Shown: piece by piece, positions 27,691 through 37,564 of the stretch | Layout of the letters: each line of letters starts with the position of its first letter | How positions within the stretch are numbered: position 1 is the stretch's first letter | NCBI GenBank assembly: GCA_016196825.1 | Contig: JACPWY010000010.1 | Location: forward strand, 233,355 to 297,354 | DNA length: 64,000 nt | DNA from: Deltaproteobacteria bacterium | GTDB lineage: Bacteria > Bdellovibrionota > FAC87 > UBA2466 | Direction: 5' to 3' | Translations under genes and position numbers: made by a program | The notes under the pieces: model-generated | Told to the model about the DNA's origin: nothing | Seen by the model: only the letters and a program-made list of their open reading frames with translations | Databases searched by the model: none

Positions 27691-28869
27691 CTACTTTTTC
27701 TTGGAGCGGAGATCCAAATAGACGGCGAGGATGATCACGATGCCCTTGAACACCTTCTGATAGTGTTCGTTGATTCCGATGAGGCTCATGCCGTTGTTGA
27801 GGACGCCCATCATGAGGACGCCGAAGAGTGTGCCGCCGATGGTGCCAATGCCGCCCATGAGGCTTGTGCCGCCGATGACGACGGCGGCGATGGCGTCGAG
27901 CTCGGCGAGCTCACCGGCGGAGGGGACGGCGCCATTGACTCGCGCGACGTCCATTACCCCAGCAAGGCCCGCGAGGGAGCCCATGATCAGATAGGTGAGG
28001 CCCAGCGTTTTTGCGACGGGGACGCCTGAGAGCTCCGCCGCCTCACGGTTGCTGCCGACTGCGTATATGAAACGGCCGAAGCGGGTGTAGCGTAAAACTA
28101 GAGAGGCCGCGCCGGCGCAGAGTGCGGCAATGAAAGCAATGTAGGGAATGCCGCGGTACCCGACGAAGGCGAAGTAGCTCAAAGAAAGAAAGAGCAGGGC
28201 TCCGATGTAAGCGACAAGCGATTCAACGGTGAACTTGCGGTGGTAGAGCGCGTAGACGAATGAGGCGATTGTGGCAGCGAGGACGATCGTGAGACAGATG
28301 CGACTCGCGGTTACTGGCAGATAGTCGGAACTGACGCTACTGAGGCTGTCCCCAATCGGCGCCACGGCCTGCGCCGAGGACACGATGAGCGTGAGGCCGC
28401 GGCAAATTACCATCATGCCGAGAGAAACGATGAAGGGCGTAATTTTGAGACGGCTCACGGCATAGCCCGTAAACCCACCCGCCGACGAACCCACTAAGAG
28501 CGCGATGAGAAAAGAAAGAATAGCGCCGAAAGTCCCCCAATGGCTCAAGCCTCCGTGGACCTGGGTGATGGCCGCGAGCATGCCGGAAAGTGCGAGAACG
28601 CTCCCCACCGAGAGATCGATACCTGAGGTCAAAATGACGAGCGTCATTCCCACCGCGAGTGTGAGGTTGACGCACACCTGTCTCGAGAGATTGGAGAGGT
28701 TGCGGGGGCTGAAGAAGATTCCCTCGCTCAAAAGATGAAAGAGAATCGCAAATGTAAGGATAACGGCCAGGGGAATGACGAATCGGGCCCAATCTTTCGC
28801 CGGTCGCAAGAGATTTATTGGAAGGGCCGGCGACGAAACACTAACTGACATAAGTACCTCCTGCCGCAA
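27691..28869 (-). CDS. xylH: Sugar ABC transporter permease (XylH-like)
   Basis: About 390 aa, 10-12 TM, RbsC/XylH-type. Follows the ATPase gene with overlap. Start is ambiguous (28869 or 28851). Confidence 0.7.
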   Translation of the reverse strand: MRQEVLMSVSVSSPALPINLLRPAKDWARFVIPLAVILTFAILFHLLSEGIFFSPRNLSNLSRQVCVNLTLAVGMTLVILTSGIDLSVGSVLALSGMLAAITQVHGGLSHWGTFGAILSFLIALLVGSSAGGFTGYAVSRLKITPFIVSLGMMVICRGLTLIVSSAQAVAPIGDSLSSVSSDYLPVTASRICLTIVLAATIASFVYALYHRKFTVESLVAYIGALLFLSLSYFAFVGYRGIPYIAFIAALCAGAASLVLRYTRFGRFIYAVGSNREAAELSGVPVAKTLGLTYLIMGSLAGLAGVMDVARVNGAVPSAGELAELDAIAAVVIGGTSLMGGIGTIGGTLFGVLMMGVLNNGMSLIGINEHYQKVFKGIVIILAVYLDLRSKKK

Positions 28870-30388
28870 AATTCATGACCTGCTCTTGCGAAAGATTGAC
28901 GTTGGGGAGTTCGCCCACGGCCTCTCCTTCCCGAAGCACGAGCACTCGATCGGCGAGCGCCAAAATCTCGGGCAATTCACTCGATACCAAGATAATTGCG
29001 ATGCCACAATCGGCGAGCTTTCGAATGATCTCGTAAATCTCCTCTTTGGCGCCGATGTCTATGCCGCGAGTGGGCTCGTCGAGGAGAAGCACCCGCGGGG
29101 AGAGGGCCACCATCTTGGCGAGAAGCACCTTCTGCTGGTTGCCGCCGCTCAGAGTGCGGACGGCGCGGTCCAGATGCGAGAGCTTGACCCCCATCGCCTT
29201 ACAAAGACGGGTCACCTCTTCATTTTCACTGTTGAGCCTGAGCCACCCCATCTTCGGGCTCAGCCGATCCAGAATCCCGATACTCGTATTGAAGCGGATG
29301 GAGAGGTCGAGGAAAAGCCCGTCTTTCTTCCGATCCTCCGGCACAAAGGCGATGCCATGGTCCATGGCTCCTCGCATATCGGTCCACGGAGCTGCGTGGC
29401 CGTCATATTCAATCTCGCCAGACCGGTTTCCGGGCAGAATGCCGAGCAGTGATCGCAGAAGCTCGCTGCGGCCCGAACCCATGAGTCCCGCTATGCCAAG
29501 GATCTCCCCCTGACTCAGAGAAAAGCTGATGTCTTTGAGGAGGGGCTCTCCGTAAGGCGAGCGATGGCTGAGCCGCTTCACTTCGAGAATCTTAGATCGG
29601 TTTGCGTCGGCCGTTTTCACAACGGCGGTCTGTCCCAGCGGGCGGCCCACCATGTGGTGAACGATCTCATCGCGGTTTGTTGTTTTCGGATCCAGTTCAG
29701 AGACGCTCGTGCCGTCCCGAAGGATTACGATCCTGTCGGCAAGAGTAAAGACCTCATCTAGTTTGTGAGAGATATAGATGAAGGACATGCCGCTCTGTCT
29801 CATGCGGTTGATGACAGTGAATAGATTCTTTACCTCGGAGTCGGAGAGAGCCGAGGTCGGCTCATCGAGGATTAAGAGGCGCGCATTCTGGTGGAAGGCA
29901 CGGGCGATCTCAACGAGCTGCCGTTGCGCCACGCTCAGTGTGTCTATTCGGACGTCGCAGGGCACATCAAACCCAAGGTTACCCAGGAGGTGTGCGGCGT
30001 GCTCCCTCAGCTGTGCCCAGCGCACTGGAGAGAAAAGGCGCTGCGACGGACGACCGGTGTAGGGAAATTCCTCGGTCAGAAAAAGATTTTCAGCCACCGT
30101 GAGCTGGGGAAAGAGGCAGAGCTCCTGGTGGATGATCGAGATGCCGGCCTTTCGCCCATCGAGTGGAGAACAGAGTTTTAGCTCGGCTCCATCAAGCAGA
30201 ATCTGACCGGAGAAGCTGCCATGTGGCCAAACGCCACTCAAAATCTTCATCAGAGTCGACTTGCCAGCGCCATTTTCTCCAACGAGAGCGACACACTCCC
30301 CGAGCCCGACGCCAAAACTCACGCCTCGTAACGCCGGGACCCCATCAAATTGTTTTTGAATATTTGAAACGGTGATCCAGTTTTCCAA
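28841..30388 (-). CDS. xylG: Sugar ABC transporter ATP-binding protein, duplicated ATPase (XylG-like)
   Basis: Two NBDs: GENGAGKST ... LSGGNQQKV ... LLLDEPTRGID. 515 aa. Confidence 0.8.
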   Translation of the reverse strand: MENWITVSNIQKQFDGVPALRGVSFGVGLGECVALVGENGAGKSTLMKILSGVWPHGSFSGQILLDGAELKLCSPLDGRKAGISIIHQELCLFPQLTVAENLFLTEEFPYTGRPSQRLFSPVRWAQLREHAAHLLGNLGFDVPCDVRIDTLSVAQRQLVEIARAFHQNARLLILDEPTSALSDSEVKNLFTVINRMRQSGMSFIYISHKLDEVFTLADRIVILRDGTSVSELDPKTTNRDEIVHHMVGRPLGQTAVVKTADANRSKILEVKRLSHRSPYGEPLLKDISFSLSQGEILGIAGLMGSGRSELLRSLLGILPGNRSGEIEYDGHAAPWTDMRGAMDHGIAFVPEDRKKDGLFLDLSIRFNTSIGILDRLSPKMGWLRLNSENEEVTRLCKAMGVKLSHLDRAVRTLSGGNQQKVLLAKMVALSPRVLLLDEPTRGIDIGAKEEIYEIIRKLADCGIAIILVSSELPEILALADRVLVLREGEAVGELPNVNLSQEQVMNFAAGGTYVS

Positions 30389-30390
30389 AA

Positions 30391-31413
30391 TCAGGTCCCG
30401 CTGCCGCCATAAACCGCGGCGGCCGTGTGGAATCCGTATTCAACCACCTGGCTCTTGATATTGCTCTGATTGACCTCGAAGACGGGAGTGTTCATCACCC
30501 AAACATCACGTTTGCCATTATTGGTCTGAGAGTCGTGGGTCGGGGCTTTGCCGGCGGCAAGCTCGAGCGCCCCCATCACTGCGGCTTCAGCGAGCGGCTT
30601 GATCCCTTTGAGAACCGTCATAGATTGCTTCCCCTTCATGATGTCCTTTACAGCGGAAAGATCTGCATCGGCGCCGGCCACAAAAACTTGGCCAGCCAAT
30701 TTTTGCTCGTCGAGGGCCTTGATGGCACCCATCGCCATTCCATCGTTATTTGCGAGGATGGCCTGGATATTGTTCTTTTGCCGGGTGAGGGTGTTCTCGA
30801 CGGTCGTGAGCGCAAGGGCCGTCGACCAGCCCGGGTGGTTTTGCTTCAGCACAACCTTAATGTTTGGGTACTTCCTCAAAACCGAAAGAACGCCCTTGGT
30901 GATCTCTTCCGCCACTGAGTGGCCGGCCTCACCCATTAAGATCACGTAGTTGCCCTTTTCATGGGTGGCCTTCACCGCGGCCTGAGCCTGGAGGACGCCC
31001 ACCTGAAAGCTGTCTTGGGTGACGTAGAGATCAATGTCGGCGTTTCGAATCAGACGGTCGTAGGCCACAACGGGGACTCCATCACGCTTGGCCATCGAAA
31101 CGACGGTGCCCGCGGTTTCGCCGTTCACCGGTTGGACTACTAGGACATCCACCTTCTTGGAGAGCAGCGTCTCGACTTTCGCGGTCTGGACATCCACCTT
31201 GTCATCGCAGGAGGCGAATTCCACTGTCGCGCCATGCGTCTTGGCGAAATTGGTGAAGTACTCACGGTCCTTCGAATAGCGCTCCTCATTCATAGTTGCC
31301 AGGACAAAGCCGATGCGCACCGGCTTCTCGCCGACGACCCCCGCGTTTCTGGTGCAATTTGAAAGAATTGACGCGCAACAGAGAAGAAAGAGCGATCCGA
31401 AGCGAAATGTCAT
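30391..31413 (-). CDS. xylF: Periplasmic D-xylose-type sugar-binding protein (XylF-like)
   Basis: Colinear by eye with E. coli XylF: VVAYDRLIRNADIDLYVTQD, ILANNDGMAMGAIKAL, VAGADADLSAVKDIMKGKQSMTV. Signal/lipobox SNC. Confidence 0.7.
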   Translation of the reverse strand: MTFRFGSLFLLCCASILSNCTRNAGVVGEKPVRIGFVLATMNEERYSKDREYFTNFAKTHGATVEFASCDDKVDVQTAKVETLLSKKVDVLVVQPVNGETAGTVVSMAKRDGVPVVAYDRLIRNADIDLYVTQDSFQVGVLQAQAAVKATHEKGNYVILMGEAGHSVAEEITKGVLSVLRKYPNIKVVLKQNHPGWSTALALTTVENTLTRQKNNIQAILANNDGMAMGAIKALDEQKLAGQVFVAGADADLSAVKDIMKGKQSMTVLKGIKPLAEAAVMGALELAAGKAPTHDSQTNNGKRDVWVMNTPVFEVNQSNIKSQVVEYGFHTAAAVYGGSGT

Positions 31414-31552
31414 AGTAAACCCCCAACTAAACCTGGGATTAAAAGAAACGTGGCTCGATAAGTCAACCTGCGGTAAAAGAAGGGCGTGGGGCGGTACAAT
31501 TCTGTTGGGGCATTCGATATACTGTAAAAGCTAATCACTGAGGAGCTTTCCG

Positions 31553-32299
31553 ATGAGGTCACTCTCTTTTGGTCTTGTGGTGCTTGGGCTTGTGGGGTGT
31601 GGCCATCTCTCGAGCCCGGGCCATGATCAAGAAAAGGCTAAGATCTACCTTCAAATCGCGACCGATCAGCTCAACGAGCGCGAGTACGCGAAGGCCATCG
31701 AGGCCACGCAGCAGGCCATCGACCTCGATCCCAAGTTACCGAGCGCTTATAACCATCTCGCTCTTATCTATATGGAGACCAAGCGCTATGAAAAGAGTGA
31801 GCAGGCCTTCAAGACGGCGCTCGAGCTCCAGGCCGATTATCCCGAGGTCTATAACAATCTCGGTGTGCTCTATAACCGGCAGGAAAAATTTCAGGAGGCC
31901 GTCGGTTTCTTTGAGAAGGCCTTGGCGAGCGAGAAATATGTAACCCCGGAAAACGCGCTGACTAACATGGGTTACGCCTATTACAAGCTCGGTGAAATCG
32001 CGAAGTCGAAGGCCTATCACCAAAAGGCTCTGGACCTTGTTCCTCAGTTCTGCCTGGCCTCGAAAAATATGGGCGATGTCTACGCCAAGGAAAAGAATTT
32101 CGGAAAGGCGTCCGAGTATTTTCAGCGGGCGCTCACCCACTGCCCCCTCTATCAGGAGAGCCAGTACAAATTGGGACTAGTCCTCATGAAGATGGGACAG
32201 AAAAAAGTCGCCAAGGCTCAGTTGGAAAAATTGGTCGAGAAGCACAAGGCCGGTCCCTACGTCGAGCGGTCGAGTGAAGTGTTGAAGTATCTTCGTTAG
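31553..32299 (+). CDS. pilW: TPR lipoprotein, type IV pilus biogenesis/stability protein PilW (PilF)
   Basis: LVGC lipobox. About 6 TPR repeats. 248 aa. Classical position directly upstream of rodZ. Confidence 0.65.
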   Translation: MRSLSFGLVVLGLVGCGHLSSPGHDQEKAKIYLQIATDQLNEREYAKAIEATQQAIDLDPKLPSAYNHLALIYMETKRYEKSEQAFKTALELQADYPEVYNNLGVLYNRQEKFQEAVGFFEKALASEKYVTPENALTNMGYAYYKLGEIAKSKAYHQKALDLVPQFCLASKNMGDVYAKEKNFGKASEYFQRALTHCPLYQESQYKLGLVLMKMGQKKVAKAQLEKLVEKHKAGPYVERSSEVLKYLR

Positions 32300-32318
32300 C
32301 GGGTTATCGAAAGCAATC

Positions 32319-33443
32319 ATGGAAAATTTTGGCGCATACCTGAAGGCTCAGCGAGAGGCGAAGAATATTCGTCTGGAGGAGATCGCCTCGATCACCAAGA
32401 TTCACATCCACAACCTGCAGCTGCTGGAAAAAGGGGAATATGGTCAGTTGCCCCCCGAGCCCTTCTTGCGCGGATTCATCATCGCCTATTCCAAGTACAT
32501 CGGCTTGGACACCAAGGAGGCGGTGAAGCGGTTTCAGGAGTCGCGAATGCCGGCTTCGACGGCTGGCGCCGACTCGGCCGGTTCCGAGTCCAAAGACACT
32601 TATGTGCAGGAACGCAATGAGCCAGTCGTGGCGTCCACGAATGATGTGGACGCTCTGATCACAAGCTCGCGCTTCACTGGTCGACACAAGGTGATGGCCG
32701 GGTTTGGGGTCGTGGCCCTCGTTCTGATTCTCGGTGTGGTGTCCTATGTGGGTCGGCAATCGCCGGGCCCGCTCTCAGCGGACGCATTGAAGGATCAGGA
32801 GGCCGCCGTTGAAAAAACCGATGCGGAGAAGACGGCGTCGGCCACCGGGCTGGACGAGGATAAAAAGGATGCGGTTGATGCGCTCCTCACCATGAAGGGA
32901 ACGGTTGCTGACGTGAAGCCGGCGACGGACGAGAAATCGGAGAAGACTGAGAAGGCCGAGAAAAAAGAGAACTGGGAGCTGACCGCGAAGACAACTGAGA
33001 CTGTGGCCCGAGAGACGGCCGCCGAGAAGCCGGCGATTAATAAGGAAGAGGCGGCCAAAAAACATGAGATGACCGTTGAGGGCAATGCGCGGACCTGGAT
33101 GAAAGTTGTCATCGACAATGAAAAGCCGAAGGAAACCTTTTTAAAAGAGAAAGAGGTCGTTACCCTTTCGGCCGGTGAAAAGATTAAGGTTGTTCTGGGG
33201 AATTCCACAGGCACCAAGGTCACCTACAACGGCGAGACCGTAAAGGGCGAGAAGTTTTCCGGCACGATCCGCTCCTACATCTTCCCGAAAAGCGCGCGAT
33301 TTCCGCAAGATCCTCCGAAGCGGACGACCGCGACCAAAGATGGCACCGCGACGTCTAATACGACTCCTGCTCTCGCCGACAAAGAGGCCAAAAGCGATAA
33401 GCCCGCCGAGGAACTTCCCCCCGTCCAAAGCGAATCGAATTAG
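32319..33443 (+). CDS. rodZ: Cytoskeleton protein RodZ-like (HTH + TM + DUF4115)
   Basis: N-terminal Xre-type HTH FGAYLKAQREAKNIRLEEIASITKIHIHNLQLLEKGEY. Single TM. Lys/Glu-rich linker. C-terminal DUF4115-like VEGNARTWMKVVID... Confidence 0.75.
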   Translation: MENFGAYLKAQREAKNIRLEEIASITKIHIHNLQLLEKGEYGQLPPEPFLRGFIIAYSKYIGLDTKEAVKRFQESRMPASTAGADSAGSESKDTYVQERNEPVVASTNDVDALITSSRFTGRHKVMAGFGVVALVLILGVVSYVGRQSPGPLSADALKDQEAAVEKTDAEKTASATGLDEDKKDAVDALLTMKGTVADVKPATDEKSEKTEKAEKKENWELTAKTTETVARETAAEKPAINKEEAAKKHEMTVEGNARTWMKVVIDNEKPKETFLKEKEVVTLSAGEKIKVVLGNSTGTKVTYNGETVKGEKFSGTIRSYIFPKSARFPQDPPKRTTATKDGTATSNTTPALADKEAKSDKPAEELPPVQSESN

Positions 33444-33465
33444 TCGCTCCGGGTTCTGGGCAGGG

Positions 33466-34080
33466 TTAACCGCCGACAAGCCCCATCGCTCTGAGTCGCC
33501 TCAACACTGATTCTCGTATCATGCCCGCCGGGACTAAGGACTTCACCAAGCGATGGATAGTTTTTACCTCCAATTTCGCATCGAACTCGGGAAGTGAGGC
33601 AAAGCGGCGCCCTTTCCTCGTCGACAAGTAAAGGGTGTCGATCAGCGCCTTTTCAGGAGAGGCCATTCGGTATGAATTCCTGCCTTCACTCCACTCTACG
33701 CCAACCTTCATGAATCTAGGGTGAAGCTGCAGAAATTCGAATGTGCCGATCGGAGTTTTGAGGCATCGGCTATGGCCTGTCGTTGCAATTTGAATATTGG
33801 GAGGAATTTGTGAGATTACGCCGTGCCGATGGAGGGCGGTCAGGAACGATATGTATCCTTGCTCTCTGCCCAAAAGGAACGGCACGCAACCAAGTGGATG
33901 AAAAAATGGGTGGCGTGTGTTCGCCCATATGCCCTTAGTCACTCGCACGATCATTCCCTTTCTTGCAAGGCGGTTGAGCGTGCGTGAGGCGCTGGGAAAG
34001 AGGAGATTATTCGCGAGAGCATACTCTCTCGTTGAAAAGAAGGTGCTATCTCCCGCTAATAGCAGATCACCCTTCATCAC
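33466..34080 (-). CDS. AbiEi-type (COG5340) antitoxin/transcriptional regulator
   Basis: wHTH-like FSTREYALANNLLFPSASRTLNRLARKGMIVRVTKGIW, then GYISFLTALHRHGVISQIPPNIQIAT. Overlaps the upstream NTase gene by 11-14 nt. Confidence 0.65.
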   Translation of the reverse strand: MMKGDLLLAGDSTFFSTREYALANNLLFPSASRTLNRLARKGMIVRVTKGIWANTRHPFFHPLGCVPFLLGREQGYISFLTALHRHGVISQIPPNIQIATTGHSRCLKTPIGTFEFLQLHPRFMKVGVEWSEGRNSYRMASPEKALIDTLYLSTRKGRRFASLPEFDAKLEVKTIHRLVKSLVPAGMIRESVLRRLRAMGLVGG

Positions 34081-34843
34081 GTAGGACTTCCGCTACGGTT
34101 TCTTTCATTGCGTTCCACGCCTCTTTGCCTTGGTGCCGAGAACGCTCCTCTTCCTCGAGAAACTCGAGTACCTGGCCGACAAACTCATTTCGGGACAACG
34201 AATCGAGTCTGAGCAGAGCTTCTCTTCGTACCTGAGGGGAAATCGCATGCTGAACCGAGGAACGGCTTAAGTGGCCACCAGACTGAAGAACACTGAGATC
34301 GAAAACGTCGCGAGCCTGGGTTACATCCCGCCACGCCAAGGCGTGGATCTTTTGGATGACCGCTGTTTCGCCCGAGTAGTGCTGGCAGCGATACGAACGC
34401 CTGTTACACCGTCGCGCGATCTCAGGTTCGATCTGTTCCAACAGGTAGGGCAGGGGTTTCTTCGTGCGTCGCGAAAATTCCACCTTTGTTGGAAGTGTGT
34501 CGCCCGAGTCGGTGACAAGCCGCACCCGAAAGCGTTGGGTTGTCTCCGTCTGCTTGGCTTTTGCAGGATCGTTTACCGAGAGGTCGGTAATCCCGTACGC
34601 CTGAATCGAACGCCGAAAGGCCTTACTCTCCAGGATCTTGTAGCCATTCTTCTTCAGCGTAGCGACACCACCCGCCAGAACATCGAGGTCCATATCTTCG
34701 GAGTACCTGGGGCTTTTGAAGAAGAAACGAAGGTTCACTCCCCCCTTCAACACGTAAATCCTCGGATCGGAAATCCTGAGGAGCTCTTCCAGAAAAAGAA
34801 AATGAAAGATCTCGCGTCGCTGTGTGTCGGTGTGTAAACTCAC
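34067..34843 (-). CDS. AbiEii/DUF1814-type nucleotidyltransferase toxin
   Basis: YVLKGGVNLRFFFKSPRYSEDMDLDV, the hallmark of AbiEii/AbiGii NTases. GTG start. Confidence 0.7.
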   Translation of the reverse strand: MSLHTDTQRREIFHFLFLEELLRISDPRIYVLKGGVNLRFFFKSPRYSEDMDLDVLAGGVATLKKNGYKILESKAFRRSIQAYGITDLSVNDPAKAKQTETTQRFRVRLVTDSGDTLPTKVEFSRRTKKPLPYLLEQIEPEIARRCNRRSYRCQHYSGETAVIQKIHALAWRDVTQARDVFDLSVLQSGGHLSRSSVQHAISPQVRREALLRLDSLSRNEFVGQVLEFLEEEERSRHQGKEAWNAMKETVAEVLRDEG

Positions 34844-34887
34844 ATTATGAATCCTAGCTAACCTTTCGGTTAATTGGAATTCATAAT
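34844..34887. promoter_or_regulatory. Nested palindrome (operator-like) immediately upstream of the AbiE-type pair
   Basis: ATTATGAAT (34844-34852) and ATTCATAAT (34879-34887) form a perfect 9-bp inverted repeat. Inner TAACC-tttc-GGTTA. AT-rich. Confidence 0.45.
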
Positions 34888-34891
34888 TGAG

Positions 34892-37564
34892 TCATTCTTC
34901 AGAGAGAGCGGAGGGAGCGATGAGGAGCTCTTCCGTGGTGATTTGCTCGAGGAGGGCATGGGCGGCTTCTACGATGCCCTCCGAGTCGATGTGGTGGTAG
35001 TGGAAGACGTCGGCGGTAGTGCCGGATTTGCTGGTCTTTCGGATGGCCAGGGTCTTGTGGACCGTACCGACGATGGAGCCAATGTTGTCGAGGAGGCCGG
35101 GTTCGCCGTCGTGGACCGAGAGGATGGGAATGCGGGCGCCTGTGAGCGCGAGCCATTCGCCCTTGTTCTTCACCGTGCGATCGTCACGGCGTAGGTGGAG
35201 AAGGCCGTTGATGCCGAGCTTCTTGCGCAGGTGCTCATACCCGTCGGTGTCGGCGAAGTTGCCCAGGAGGAGGTCGGGGCTCGTGACGACGAAAACGCTG
35301 GCGCAGACCCCCTTTTCCTGAAGAGCTTGAGAGGCTTTGATGGCCTCTGCGACAAGGGCGCCCATGGCAAAGAGGTGGATGACGTTGTCGCCCGGGGCAT
35401 AATCCTTTTCGCCCGAACGATCGATGAGGCAATAGCCACCGGCCAGAACGTCTTGCCGGATCTCCTCAAGAATCTCCGCTTCGCCCTTATCCGCAAATCG
35501 GACTTGGCCCTTGACGTGATCTAAAAAATCTTTCTGAACGAGCCCCTTTGTCACGCAACGGAAGAGGGCCGCTTCGCGACCGACGTTGTCGAAGGTGAAG
35601 TGTCGGCGGAGGGTATCGGCCAAGATCCATTCGAGCTCTTTGGCAAAGGCCGGTTCCCACGTCACGCAGTTGGGCATCTGGATGTCGGATTTCCAGGAGT
35701 GTTGGGCTCCTTCTGGGGCCAGGGTCACCCCCGATGGGGTTCCCAGCGTGGCAAATGAGGAGTGCCAATAGACGTTGTAATAGAACTGATCGAGCGCGCG
35801 CTTGATGAAGAAGTCGTAGATCGTCATCGCTGGATAGAGCGGGACGCCCGTGAAGTAGCCAAATTTTCCGAAGGAGCCCGCGGCCGACATGCAATTGCCT
35901 TCGGCGATCTCAAACCGGATGTGGCCCGTGCGCTCGGAGCGGTTGGGCATGACGTCGGGGGCTTTGGCATCTTTGGCGCCAAAGATTTTTTCAAAGTCGG
36001 GCTGTTCGATGTCGCCGAAGAGTTTGCCGTTCATGTTAGGGCTGGTGTTCGTGGAGCTCCCCACGTCGGGTGCCATCGTCAAAAAATAGGGGGCGACCTT
36101 TTTCCACTCCACCTCAACCCCTTCCGCTGGCTTGTCCTCGCCGTCGCGGGCGAGACGGTCAATTTTGGCGGCGACCTGGCCCCACATCCACTGTGTGTGG
36201 GCGACCGGGTTGAACTTGATCGCGGTGACGTTGAAGTCCACGGGCCAATTCACAGTCTTACCAAGATCGGAAAACGCCTTTTTGCGCTCCTCGATCTTCT
36301 CTCGGAGCGCGTCGATTCCATCGCTGAGGTGAGCCCGCCGTTTTTCAAGAAACGCGTGCTCGGGCGAGTCTTTAGCAAAATGTTGGAAGGGATCGTCGGT
36401 TGAGAGCCCCAGCGATTTTCCCATCGCTTCGAGCTCAGCGGTCTCGGGCAGGGCGGAGTGGTTGCCCGATTTAGCCTGACAGTCGAGACGAAACCCTTTG
36501 ATCGTATACGGTACAATGAGCGTGGGGCGCGTGCCCCTCTTGCTCTTCACCTTTTGAAAAGTGTCGATGAGCGTGGGCAGGTCGTGGCCGGCCAGGTTGA
36601 ACAGGGCGCGCGTGAGATCCCCATCCGATAGCTTCTTGAGCAAGGGATCAAGTTTCGGCGATTTCTCCTTGAGCCAATTGCGGAGAAGCTTTGGGTCATT
36701 GGCTCCGAGAAGAGATTGGAATTCAAAATCGCTCGTTCCCTCATCGAGTACACGCTTCAACTCCACGCCGCCGGGCTCCTTGAAGAGCCTCTCCCTATAG
36801 GACCCATGCTTCAAAATGATCGAGTCCCAGCCATTAGCCTCGCCGATGCGCGCGATGCGATCGGCGTCGGAGCCCTGGAAAGCCTTTTCGTTGGCGATGC
36901 GGGTGCCATCGAGATTCTGGCGGTTGTAGTCGACGATCCAGACGACCCGGGAGAGCTCGCGCTCACCGCCATCGGGCATGGCTTCGGCGAGGGACCCTTC
37001 GCGAAACTCAGAGTCACCCATGAGGCACCAGAATCGGGGATCTTCGCCGAGATCCTGGCCGTGTCTTTCGAGGTAGTCGTACCCCAGTGCCGTGTAGAGG
37101 GCGTTGACCGGCGGAATGCCGACTGAGCCCGATGGAAAATAGCGGAAGGAGTCGGGGTCCGATTCCGCGTGATACGACTGAAAGACCGGCTCGCCATTGT
37201 GTGAAAGCTTGCGCAGGTGGCTCATGGCGGTTCGTGAATTATCTTCAGAAAGGGGAGTGCCATCCGGCGCCCGAAAATTTTTCATGAGGAAGTTGTAGGC
37301 ATGGTCCATCGGAGAGACGTGGGGCTTGCACGCAAAGTAATCTTCGGGTTCTCGGCAGACGAGGTGAATTGCGGCAAGGATGTGTTGCGATGAGGCGCAG
37401 GCCGAGGGGTGGCCGCCGACCTTGGGCTCACCCCGCGGAGGCTCTCCCCGGCGGTGGTTGGCGATGTCGATCATCATGAGCGCCTGAAAGAAGGCACGCC
37501 GGGTGATGTTTTCCAAGATTTGAGCGCCGTCGATGGGCGTCTCGGGGCGCGGACCCTTTTTCAC
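34892..37564 (-). CDS. Homodimeric-type 2-oxoacid (pyruvate) dehydrogenase E1 component-like, TPP-dependent
   Basis: 890 aa. Colinear with AceE by eye: VGGHPSACASSQHI, CLMGDSEFREGSLAEA...VDYNRQNLDG, TLIVPYTIKGF, GAQHSWKSDIQMPNCVTWEPAFA. No E2/E3 gene in the window. Confidence 0.7.
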   Translation of the reverse strand: MKKGPRPETPIDGAQILENITRRAFFQALMMIDIANHRRGEPPRGEPKVGGHPSACASSQHILAAIHLVCREPEDYFACKPHVSPMDHAYNFLMKNFRAPDGTPLSEDNSRTAMSHLRKLSHNGEPVFQSYHAESDPDSFRYFPSGSVGIPPVNALYTALGYDYLERHGQDLGEDPRFWCLMGDSEFREGSLAEAMPDGGERELSRVVWIVDYNRQNLDGTRIANEKAFQGSDADRIARIGEANGWDSIILKHGSYRERLFKEPGGVELKRVLDEGTSDFEFQSLLGANDPKLLRNWLKEKSPKLDPLLKKLSDGDLTRALFNLAGHDLPTLIDTFQKVKSKRGTRPTLIVPYTIKGFRLDCQAKSGNHSALPETAELEAMGKSLGLSTDDPFQHFAKDSPEHAFLEKRRAHLSDGIDALREKIEERKKAFSDLGKTVNWPVDFNVTAIKFNPVAHTQWMWGQVAAKIDRLARDGEDKPAEGVEVEWKKVAPYFLTMAPDVGSSTNTSPNMNGKLFGDIEQPDFEKIFGAKDAKAPDVMPNRSERTGHIRFEIAEGNCMSAAGSFGKFGYFTGVPLYPAMTIYDFFIKRALDQFYYNVYWHSSFATLGTPSGVTLAPEGAQHSWKSDIQMPNCVTWEPAFAKELEWILADTLRRHFTFDNVGREAALFRCVTKGLVQKDFLDHVKGQVRFADKGEAEILEEIRQDVLAGGYCLIDRSGEKDYAPGDNVIHLFAMGALVAEAIKASQALQEKGVCASVFVVTSPDLLLGNFADTDGYEHLRKKLGINGLLHLRRDDRTVKNKGEWLALTGARIPILSVHDGEPGLLDNIGSIVGTVHKTLAIRKTSKSGTTADVFHYHHIDSEGIVEAAHALLEQITTEELLIAPSALSEE

